From NCBI GenBank assembly GCA_964649795.1, contig CAZYQY010000001.1, forward strand, positions 11,711-67,180: 55,470 nt of DNA, written 5' to 3'. Below the pieces are notes generated by a model. The model saw nothing but the letters and a program-made list of their open reading frames with translations. It made no database searches and was not told the origin of the DNA. Within the stretch, counting starts at the first letter, position 1; every line of letters starts with the position of its first letter. Source of the stretch: an uncultured Candidatus Saccharibacteria bacterium. Lineage in GTDB: Bacteria > Patescibacteriota > Minisyncoccia > Portnoybacterales > UBA2143. The position numbers and the translations under genes are program-made. Positions 18,303 through 25,711 of the stretch are shown here, piece by piece.

Positions 18303-18389
18303 CGGAGAGGGAGGGATTCGAACCCTCAAAGCATTTCAGTGCTTAATCGCTTATAAGACGAAGCCGATACCATTTCGGTTAACCTCTCC
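18303..18389 (-). tRNA. aberrant class II (long variable arm) Ser-like tRNA gene; best fold gives anticodon TAT; possibly a pseudo-tRNA
   Basis: Perfect acceptor GGAGAGG/CCTCTCC with G73. T-arm GAGGG-TTCGAAT-CCCTC. Variable arm AAGCA..TGCTT. The D-arm spacing is irregular. The anticodon stem TTCGT/GCGAT carries the loop CTTATAA. Confidence 0.55.
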
Positions 18390-18444
18390 AACATCTCAAA
18401 CAAAGACACTCTTATTTTCAACGACAGGAGTGTTTTTGTTTTAA

Positions 18445-18470
18445 AATTAAAAACCCTATTTTATTAGGGC
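18445..18470 (-). terminator. Rho-independent terminator (minus strand) downstream of the 138-aa gene
   Basis: The minus strand reads GCCCTAATAAAATAGGGTTTTT. Confidence 0.6.
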
Positions 18471-18664
18471 ATTCCTAATATATTAACATTTGTTGTTTTT
18501 GGAGTCAATGTTAATATTGTGTATAATTAACTTATGAATAAACCAACCAAAAAAAGTTTCTAAATCTCCTAAGTAAAGCTATTCAGGAAACCTATTTCTA
18601 AAGATATAGTCTAGACAGACATCATCATTAGGGAAATCTCTTTGTAAATGTTTAATAGTGTATT

Positions 18665-19081
18665 TCATTTTATTAGCTTAATAAGTGGAATGATAATATA
18701 AGTAATAATGAAACCAATTATTATTCCAGCTATAAGAAACAATATATATACAGCACTTATATTCATTTGTTCCAATGCCTTACCAAAAAAGACATAACGC
18801 TTAATAAACATTCTCCCTTTATTGGTTACTCGGATAGTCAGTTTTTTCACTTCAATATAGTTATCATCTTTACAATCAATAATAAGTTTTATCATTTTCC
18901 GTTTTCCTATATTTTCTTTAATCATAAATCTTTTCATTATTAGTTTGGCAGGTATTCCAATTTCATCCATAGTTTGTATTACACTATCAGAAAACTCTGA
19001 ATTGTTATCCAGAAACTCATCAATATATTTAACTAATCTTCTTTTTAAAAGCATTACTTTTATTTTAGCAGAAATTGACAT
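18665..19081 (-). CDS. hypothetical protein with a C-terminal TM anchor
   Basis: ORF with a hydrophobic tail 'ISAVYILFLIAGIIIGFIITYIIIPLI'. No family recognised. Confidence 0.5.
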   Translation of the reverse strand: MSISAKIKVMLLKRRLVKYIDEFLDNNSEFSDSVIQTMDEIGIPAKLIMKRFMIKENIGKRKMIKLIIDCKDDNYIEVKKLTIRVTNKGRMFIKRYVFFGKALEQMNISAVYILFLIAGIIIGFIITYIIIPLIKLIK

Positions 19082-19230
19082 ATTTTTATAGTTTTTTCAC
19101 TTGTTAATAGGGTATGATTGTGCTTTTTTAGTGTGTTGTCAAAGAAGATAAAAATAGGTATAATTAAAATAATTAAACATTTACTTTGGAATTAAAGAAT
19201 ATCTTTTTGAGGAATGTTTTAAATAATTCT

Positions 19231-19296
19231 ATGTCGAAGGCGGATACACAAACTAAAGAAGAATTAGAGAAAATTGAGCAAGAATTAATTGGATAA
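19231..19296 (+). CDS. 21-codon acidic ORF (MSKADTQTKEELEKIEQELIG) between a promoter-like site and a terminator-like hairpin; may instead be an sRNA
   Basis: TTGTCA, 17 nt spacer, TATAAT at 19136-19164. Hairpin plus T-run at 19297-19322. No good RBS. Confidence 0.2.
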   Translation: MSKADTQTKEELEKIEQELIG

Positions 19297-19367
19297 AAAC
19301 CACCTTTTAGGCGGTTTTTTGATTGACCAAAAACAGCCATAAAGGTATGATTAAAGTAAGATTTATG

Positions 19368-19427
19368 GCTCAAGAGAACTGTCCTTAATTTATGTCATTT
19401 TAAGGATAATGCCTCTGAATTAAAAAA
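19368..19427. repeat. palindromic repeat element, partial copy 2
   Basis: 'ggctcaagagaactgtccttaatttatgtcattttaaggataatgcctctgaattaa'. The right arm is in the same orientation as copy 1. Confidence 0.8.
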
Positions 19428-19572
19428 ATAAAAATATTATAAAAACATAACATGAAAGATATATTTAAAAAATATATTCAATCAATCTCCTCTAAGTTTT
19501 TTTATAATGAAACTAGTGAGATGGACGAAGGGACTAGTGATTGAGGTTGAGGAATTGATTAAATAAAAATAT

Positions 19573-19863
19573 ATGACAAGAATCAAAGATTTACCAGAAG
19601 ATCAAAGACCAAGAGAAAAATTATTAAAATTTGGGCCAGAATCTTTGTCTGATAAAGAACTTTTGGCAATTTTAATTGGTCATGGTCTCAAAGGAAAATC
19701 TGCTTTAGATATAGCAGAAGAAATGCTGCTTGAATATAAAGACCTTAAGGGATTAGCAGGTAAACGTTTGGATGAATTTATGAAAATCAAAGGAATAAAA
19801 GAAGCAAAAATTATTAAAATTGCCGTGGCGTTTGAAATCGCAAAACGAATTTATTTCACATAG
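19573..19863 (+). pseudogene. radC: radC (UPF0758) N-terminal HhH fragment lacking the JAB/MPN domain
   Basis: 'RPREKLLKFGPESLSDKELLAILIGHGLKGKSALDIAEE' matches a RadC N-terminus. The ORF stops after 96 aa, directly at the methyltransferase gene. Confidence 0.7.
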
Positions 19864-19867
19864 CAGT

Positions 19868-22330
19868 ATGTCAAAAAAAGAAAACAAGATAACCATCACT
19901 GACCCATTTCAAAACAAAAAGCATATTAATTATGCCCTTGTAGAATCTACGCGCCCAATGATGTATAAGTCTTTAAAATATTGGGGTAAAAAACCACACA
20001 ATATTTTTAAGAAGTATATAGAAAACTATACAGAAGAAAACGAAATTGTGTTAGACGCATTTGCTGGCAGTGGTATTACTCCATTAGAAGCTGTACAGAT
20101 AAAAAGAAAAGCGGTTGCGGTAGATCTTAATCCCATTTCTACTTTTATGATTGGGATGTTAGCCAAACCACTTAACTATTCAAAGTTCGGGAAATATTAT
20201 AGCGAAATTTTGGAAAAACTTGTTAAAAAAGAAAAGGATATTGGTGTCTTTATTACAAAATGCGAAAAATGTGGAAGTATTACTAGGACTACAGGAGTTC
20301 ATTGGGATGGCGACACACCGATACTTATAAGGTATGAATGTTCTTGTGTTAAGGGTATTCAAGGGAAAAGTCCCGATGATTTTGATAAGCAAATTATCAA
20401 AAAATCAGACAGTTTAAAAATTCCTTTTTGGTATCCAAGGGATGAATTTCCAAAGACAGATTTTTTCAAATCTGTTCGTAAAGGAATTGGTGATCAGTAT
20501 TACAAACTTTGGACTAATAGGACTCTCTATTTGCTTTCGTTTTTATACAAAGAGATTGAAGATATTTATGACGAAGAAGTAAAAGATTTTTTGAAATTTG
20601 CTTTTATTTCAATGATACATCTTGTTACGATTATGGTTTCTGCAAGAAGACCAAAAAGCAAAAGACCTGATTCTGGAAGCTGGGGAAGACCTGCATTTAT
20701 TTTGCCAAAAAGACATATGGAGCAGAACCCAGTGATACTTTTTCAGCGAGCGGTGGAAGATAGGCAAGGAGTTATTAAAGCAAAGAAATCTTCAGAAAAA
20801 TTACTTGCTAGCAAAGTTAAAATAGCGAAGAATTTTCAGGAATTAGCAGATAATAAAAAAGACAAAAATTTACTGATTTTAACAATTGATGCCCTGGATT
20901 TATCGAGGAGTATTCCCGAAAATAGTGTGGATTATGTATTGACCGATCCACCTTATGGCGGACTCATTCAATATTTTAGTTTAAGTAGTCTCTGGGCAGT
21001 CTGGTTAAAACATAACAATTCAAAATTTGAAATCCCATATCAAGATGAAATAACAATTGAACACAAAAAAGACTTTGAGAGATATCATAATCTACTTACC
21101 AAGGCGTTGAGGGAAATTTACAAAGTATTAAAGCCTGGGCGTTATCTGACCCTAACTTTCCATAACAGAGAAATTAATGTTTGGAATTCAGTTATCAAAG
21201 CTGGCGCATATTCTGGTTTCGTTTTCGAAAAAATTCTCTATCAGCCAAATAAGAGAGTCTCCGAAGCTGGTGTTGCTATGCCGTACGGAAGTGCAATTAG
21301 TGATTATTACTTACGATTCAAAAAACCTGAAAAGACAAGAGTATCTGAACATCAAAAAATGAACAAAGAAGAATATGAGAGAATTGTTGTTAAGGCTACT
21401 AAAGATATTATCGCATTGAGAGGTGAACCAACTGAAATGACATTTATTTTGAATGGTATTTATACTGAGTTGTTTTCAACTGGGAAATTTTTTGAAGGCA
21501 ATCATGAAGATATTGTAAATATTCTTAGAGAAAATATTGGCAAGGAATTCGTACTCATTGAAAATAAGGGTGGAAAACTTGGACCAAAATGGTGGTTGAA
21601 AAATCCAGAGGATATGCTTTTCAAACAAGTGCCTCTATCAGATCGCGTTGAAAAAGTTGTGCTGGATATGTTGCGGGGAAATATAAAAGTTACATTCGAT
21701 GAAATACTACAAAAACTATTTATCACCTTCCCAAATGGATTAACACCAGATACGAAAGGGGTAATAGAGGTATTAAAAGAATATGCGACAACTACTGGTG
21801 ATGGTAGGTGGCGTTATAAACCAGAAGTAAATTATAGAGATTCTGAACATAGCGAAATGATTCATTACCTGTCAGAAATAGGGAAAAAGGCGGGTTATAA
21901 AGTTTGGATTGGCAGTAAAGAACAGGGGGATACTTTCAAAAACGAAAAATTATCAAAATATTGCACTGAACCAAATCTTGAACTTTCCGGATTCTCAAAT
22001 GATAAACTACGGAGAATAACAATGATAGATGTTCTTTGGTATGAAGATTCCTCCATTAAATATGTTTTTGAAGTTGAAAATAGCACTAGCATTACGTCTG
22101 CAATCGAGAGGGCTTCTCATATTCCAGAAGAATACGAGGTAAAAAGATTTATTGTTATTCCAGAAGAAAGACAGAAAATGCTTGAGAGAAAAATGGGTGA
22201 ACCAATGTTTCAAGAAGGTTATAATAAATATAAATGGCAAACTATTCATTACGACGCACTAAAAGATTTTTATAATTTACATAAAAGTGATAAAACACTT
22301 AAACGAAATGATTTGATTAATTTGAAATAA
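19868..22330 (+). CDS. large DNA methyltransferase with a Cys-containing insert and a C-terminal PD-(D/E)xK-like module; candidate fused R-M enzyme
   Basis: Motif X-I 'YWGKKP..VLDAFAGSGITPLEA' at the N-terminus. 'CEKCG..CSC' insert. Motif IV 'LTDPPYGG' about 290 aa later. C-terminus reads 'MIHYLSEIGKKAGYKVWIG...IDVLWYEDSSIKYVFEVENSTS'. Start set at MSKKENK. Confidence 0.7.
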   Translation: MSKKENKITITDPFQNKKHINYALVESTRPMMYKSLKYWGKKPHNIFKKYIENYTEENEIVLDAFAGSGITPLEAVQIKRKAVAVDLNPISTFMIGMLAKPLNYSKFGKYYSEILEKLVKKEKDIGVFITKCEKCGSITRTTGVHWDGDTPILIRYECSCVKGIQGKSPDDFDKQIIKKSDSLKIPFWYPRDEFPKTDFFKSVRKGIGDQYYKLWTNRTLYLLSFLYKEIEDIYDEEVKDFLKFAFISMIHLVTIMVSARRPKSKRPDSGSWGRPAFILPKRHMEQNPVILFQRAVEDRQGVIKAKKSSEKLLASKVKIAKNFQELADNKKDKNLLILTIDALDLSRSIPENSVDYVLTDPPYGGLIQYFSLSSLWAVWLKHNNSKFEIPYQDEITIEHKKDFERYHNLLTKALREIYKVLKPGRYLTLTFHNREINVWNSVIKAGAYSGFVFEKILYQPNKRVSEAGVAMPYGSAISDYYLRFKKPEKTRVSEHQKMNKEEYERIVVKATKDIIALRGEPTEMTFILNGIYTELFSTGKFFEGNHEDIVNILRENIGKEFVLIENKGGKLGPKWWLKNPEDMLFKQVPLSDRVEKVVLDMLRGNIKVTFDEILQKLFITFPNGLTPDTKGVIEVLKEYATTTGDGRWRYKPEVNYRDSEHSEMIHYLSEIGKKAGYKVWIGSKEQGDTFKNEKLSKYCTEPNLELSGFSNDKLRRITMIDVLWYEDSSIKYVFEVENSTSITSAIERASHIPEEYEVKRFIVIPEERQKMLERKMGEPMFQEGYNKYKWQTIHYDALKDFYNLHKSDKTLKRNDLINLK

Positions 22331-22334
22331 AATT

Positions 22335-23183
22335 ATGCCAAAAAAGAAGCCTCAAAAAAAAGGAAAATACGACAAGCGTAATATCCTTAATGATTTAACG
22401 GGCAAAGAGTGGTTATTATTAACTAAGAGTATTTGGATAAGTGAGAAATGTGCTGATGATAAATTTGCGTTTCAACACCCTGCCCCTTTTTTAATCAATG
22501 ACATAAAAAAATTGGTTAGATTTTTTACCAAAGAAAATATGACAGTTCTTGATCCATTTTGTGGTTCAGGAACAACTCTTGTTGCTAGTGCTCAAGAAAA
22601 TAGAAAAGGCATTGGTATAGATTTAAGTAGAAAATATTGCCAGATGAGCCGAAAGCGTTTGCAGGATATAAAGCTTAAAAAAAATCAACAGATAATTTGT
22701 GGCGATTCCCTTAAAAAAATATCTCAAATTAAAGGCAAAATTGATTATTGTGTAACCTCGCCACCATATCATAATATTTTAAGGCATAATGGTGGTGGAC
22801 TAAGAGATACGAAAGATAAAGATGTACGTAATGGCGCGCGGTTTGGCGTTGAATATTATTCAAATAATAAACTGGATTTAGGGAATCAAGTGGAGTACAA
22901 AGATTTTTTATCTTTGTTGAAATTGGCTATGGCGGAGGTTTATAAAAAATTAAGAGAAAAAAAACATTGTTCAATTATTATTAGCGACTTTACGGTAAAT
23001 AAAAAAGAAACAAATGCGAGCGGTGATGTTATAAGACTTATGCAAGATATAGGATTTGGTTTTGATGGCTCGGTTGTACTAGTTCAAGATAATAAACCAC
23101 TCTATCCTTTTGGCTATCCTTATGCTTATAAAATGAATCATCATCATCAATATATTTTGAATTTTAGGAAGAACGAGAGTTAA
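22335..23183 (+). CDS. DNA methyltransferase with an SPPY catalytic motif (N4-cytosine or N6-adenine type)
   Basis: 'FQHPAPF..VLDPFCGSGTTLVAS' followed by 'CVTSPPYHN'. Starts 4 nt after the upstream gene. Confidence 0.75.
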   Translation: MPKKKPQKKGKYDKRNILNDLTGKEWLLLTKSIWISEKCADDKFAFQHPAPFLINDIKKLVRFFTKENMTVLDPFCGSGTTLVASAQENRKGIGIDLSRKYCQMSRKRLQDIKLKKNQQIICGDSLKKISQIKGKIDYCVTSPPYHNILRHNGGGLRDTKDKDVRNGARFGVEYYSNNKLDLGNQVEYKDFLSLLKLAMAEVYKKLREKKHCSIIISDFTVNKKETNASGDVIRLMQDIGFGFDGSVVLVQDNKPLYPFGYPYAYKMNHHHQYILNFRKNES

Positions 23184-23335
23184 AAGTAAATTTTTGGATT
23201 TTAATAAGCAAAAACAGAATACGAGGATAATTAAAGATGAGATCGATGGGTAAAAAGAAAAAGGAAAGCAGGAAAAAGGGGAAAAGGCGTCAGAAGCCGT
23301 TTTAAAAATAAATAAAAGATTTGGAAGAAGTGGGG

Positions 23336-23417
23336 TTAATCCAGAGGCGTCGTCCTTAAAATGACGTCCTTTCGCCTTTGGCTCAAGAACATCATTTTGA
23401 AGGACAAGCCTCTTTAA
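23336..23417. repeat. palindromic repeat element, copy 3 (right island boundary, inverted relative to copy 1)
   Basis: 'ttaatccagaggcgtcgtccttaaaatgacgtcct...catcattttgaaggacaagcctctttaa'. Confidence 0.85.
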
Positions 23418-23430
23418 CTTTCTCAGAAAG

Positions 23431-23455
23431 CATCATTTTGAAGAACTGTCCTTAG
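23431..23455. repeat. half copy of the palindromic repeat
   Basis: 'catcattttgaagaactgtcctta'. Confidence 0.6.
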
Positions 23456-23491
23456 AAAATATCGCTAGTAAGGCGGTTTTTTGATTAGTTA

Positions 23492-23520
23492 TTGACATAT
23501 ATATTCTTTTATGGTATATT
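23492..23520 (+). promoter_or_regulatory. sigma70-like promoter (TTGACA, 17 nt spacer, TATATT)
   Basis: Hexamers at 23492-23497 and 23515-23520. Confidence 0.5.
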
Positions 23521-23600
23521 TGTTTTAATTAGTTCTTTAAGTAAAGAAGGAAGTTTGGATAGATGACATTAACCAGAAACTTAAATAAGAGGTATTAGCT

Positions 23601-24194
23601 ATGAAAAAGAGTTTTTTTGGCTTGTTGGTGGTTTTTCTTTTCAGTTTTGGCATTTGTCAAGCTGGAGAATTTAAGGTAACTCCACCGTGGAATGAAAGAG
23701 ACGATTCTGATAGTTCTTGGATTCCAAAAGAGGCGAAAATTCTAACCGAATCTGAAGCATCTTTATTGAGATTTTCGGTAATTCAAATAAAGGGAGATTT
23801 AGTAGAATTTTCTATTCCCGCTTTTCCTATTTTTACCAGGAAACCAGCAGAAAATTTTGTCTGGCACGTTTCGGAAGCAAGCTATATGAAATTTTTATCA
23901 ACTCCGAAATATTCAAAAGAAGGGTGGGCGCCACCACGAGATTTAAAAGTTGATGTTTATAATAATGGCAAGGCAGAAGGTGGATATGTGCAAGGAGGAT
24001 TTAATCTGCCTGAACATGGTATATATTGGGTACGAATAGGCGTGCCATGTGATGGACCATGCTCTATTATTAGCGAGGTAGATTCTTTTGTGAGGGGTAG
24101 AGGCAATAGAAATTATCTTGGATACGAATTTGTCGTAAATGCAGACAATATGAAATGGCAACACATTCCGTTATCATATCCTAAATTTCCATAA
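23601..24194 (+). CDS. secreted hypothetical protein
   Basis: Signal peptide 'MKKSFFGLLVVFLFSFGICQA', RBS 'aagagg', and its own promoter and terminator. Confidence 0.6.
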   Translation: MKKSFFGLLVVFLFSFGICQAGEFKVTPPWNERDDSDSSWIPKEAKILTESEASLLRFSVIQIKGDLVEFSIPAFPIFTRKPAENFVWHVSEASYMKFLSTPKYSKEGWAPPRDLKVDVYNNGKAEGGYVQGGFNLPEHGIYWVRIGVPCDGPCSIISEVDSFVRGRGNRNYLGYEFVVNADNMKWQHIPLSYPKFP

Positions 24195-24210
24195 AAAGGG
24201 AGCAAACTGA

Positions 24211-24239
24211 AGGGCTTGACTTGCATCAAGCCCTTTTTT
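24211..24239 (+). terminator. Rho-independent terminator
   Basis: agggcttga-cttgca-tcaagccct followed by a T-run. Confidence 0.8.
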
Positions 24240-24257
24240 AATATATAATACAAATCT

Positions 24258-25112
24258 ATGCAAGAATTTTTCCAAAACTTTATAACGAATTTGACTCCTT
24301 GGGTTTTTGTTCATGGGATGAAAATTATTGTTATTCTTGTCGGCGCTTATATTATTCGCTATTTTGCAGGAGCAATAATTGATAAAATTATCAGAAAAGC
24401 AATTGTTTCTAAAGGATTTTTAACTCCTGAAGCAGAAAAGAAAAGAGAAGATACTTTAATAAGCATTTTTGAAGGCACTGTAAAAGTTATTGTCTGGGCA
24501 GCAGCAATTCTGATGATTATTGCAGAATTAGGAGTCAATATTGGGCCTTTGCTTGCTGGAGCAGGAATATTTGGTTTGGCAATCGGTTTTGGCGCTCAAT
24601 ATATTATCCGTGATTTTTTTACTGGCCTTTTTATTATCTTAGAGAATCAATATAGAGTAGGCGATGTAGTCAAAATTGGAGATATAGCAGGAACAGTAGA
24701 AAGTATCAATTTAAGAATGACTGTTTTAAGAGATGTTGATGGAACAGTCCATCATGTTCCTAATGGGGAAATAAAGATTGCCTCTAATTTATCTAAAGAA
24801 TTTGCTAGGGTTAATATGAAGATAGGCATTGCTTATAATACTGACATAGAAGAAGCAATTAAAGTAGTTAATCAAGTTGGGAAAGAAATGTCTAAAGATT
24901 CAGAATGGAAAGACAAAATTATTAAAGCGCCTGAATTTGTCCGAGTTGATGATCTTGCTGATTCAGCTATGGTTATTAAGATATCAGGAGAGGTTAAACC
25001 ATTAGAACAATGGTCAGTGCTTGGCGAATTAAAGAAAAGAATAAAGGTTGCTTTTGACAAACAAGGCATTGAAATCCCATTCCCTCAAATAGTTGTCCAT
25101 CAGGGGAAATAA
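24258..25112 (+). CDS. mscS: small-conductance mechanosensitive channel (MscS family)
   Basis: 'GAQYIIRDFFTGLFIILENQYRVGDVVKIGDIAGTVESINLRMTVLRD..DGTVHHVPNGEI'. Confidence 0.85.
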   Translation: MQEFFQNFITNLTPWVFVHGMKIIVILVGAYIIRYFAGAIIDKIIRKAIVSKGFLTPEAEKKREDTLISIFEGTVKVIVWAAAILMIIAELGVNIGPLLAGAGIFGLAIGFGAQYIIRDFFTGLFIILENQYRVGDVVKIGDIAGTVESINLRMTVLRDVDGTVHHVPNGEIKIASNLSKEFARVNMKIGIAYNTDIEEAIKVVNQVGKEMSKDSEWKDKIIKAPEFVRVDDLADSAMVIKISGEVKPLEQWSVLGELKKRIKVAFDKQGIEIPFPQIVVHQGK

Positions 25113-25121
25113 TATTTGTGT

Positions 25122-25150
25122 TTGACACCATGATATTAATCTGCTATTTT
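25122..25150 (+). promoter_or_regulatory. candidate promoter of the str operon (TTGACA, 17 nt spacer, TATTTT)
   Basis: Hexamers at 25122-25127 and 25145-25150. Confidence 0.4.
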
Positions 25151-25171
25151 AAATAAGTAGATTATTTTTTT

Positions 25172-25657
25172 ATGCCGACTATTCATCAATTAGTTAAAAG
25201 ACCAAGAAAAATTTCAAAGAAGAAACCAAAAACGCCAGCTCTTGGCAAGAGTTTTAATTTGCTTAAAAACAAACCAAGCAAAACACACTCGCCTTTTAAG
25301 CGCGGCGTTTGCCTGAAAGTCCATACAGTTACTCCTAAAAAACCAAATTCAGCTTTGCGCAAAGTTGCCAGAGTCAGACTTACTAATGGTATGGAAGTAA
25401 CTGCCTATATTCCTGGAGAAGGGCACAATTTGCAAGAGCATTCAGTTATTTTAATTCGAGGCGGACGGGTTAAAGATTTGCCTGGAGTTCGTTATCATGT
25501 AGTAAGGGGAGTTTTAGATACAGAAGGAGTAGAAGGCAGGAAACAAAAAAGGAGCCGTTACGGAACTAAAAAACAAGGAGCTACAAAAAAAGCAGAAACA
25601 AGTAAAGAAGCAGCGGACATAGCTGAACCAGAAACCGAAAATAAAGAACAGTCCTAA
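25172..25657 (+). CDS. rpsL: 30S ribosomal protein S12, with a C-terminal extension
   Basis: 'MPTIHQLV', '[15 protein letters not shown]' and '[13 protein letters not shown]'. Confidence 0.95.
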   Translation: MPTIHQLVKRPRKISKKKPKTPALGKSFNLLKNKPSKTHSPFKRGVCLKVHTVTPKKPNSALRKVARVRLTNGMEVTAYIPGEGHNLQEHSVILIRGGRVKDLPGVRYHVVRGVLDTEGVEGRKQKRSRYGTKKQGATKKAETSKEAADIAEPETENKEQS

Positions 25658-25705
25658 AAATGACGCCCTTGTGCTCAAGGGACATCATTTTAAGAACTGT
25701 CCTTT
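25651..25705. repeat. palindromic repeat element, copy 4, in the rpsL-rpsG spacer
   Basis: 'gtcctaaaaatgacgcccttgtgctcaagggacatcattttaagaactgtcc'. It overlaps the rpsL stop codon. Confidence 0.8.
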
Positions 25706-25711
25706 AAATCT

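Larger units (their letters stand above)
17727..23486. mobile_element. putative accessory island or cassette bounded by inverted palindromic repeats; no recombinase gene inside
   Basis: Inverted repeat copies at both ends, location next to a tRNA pair, and cargo of R-M-like genes, a radC fragment, an aberrant tRNA and orphan ORFs. Confidence 0.45.

Noticed and set aside
19173-19373. 66-aa minus-strand ORF.
   Set aside because: It overlaps the promoter, mini-ORF and terminator unit and the repeat copy. It has no RBS and an implausible composition.
19820-19867. Upstream start (MPWRLKSQ..) given for the large methyltransferase in the ORF track.
   Set aside because: It would overlap the 3' end of the radC fragment by 44 nt. 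The ATG at 19868 (MSKKENK) directly follows the radC stop and is the more economical start.
23237-23305. 22-codon highly basic ORF (MRSMGKKKKESRKKGKRRQKPF) with a GAGG about 10 nt upstream, just after the second methyltransferase.
   Set aside because: It is too short and low-complexity (a purine-rich tract) to call without conservation or expression data.
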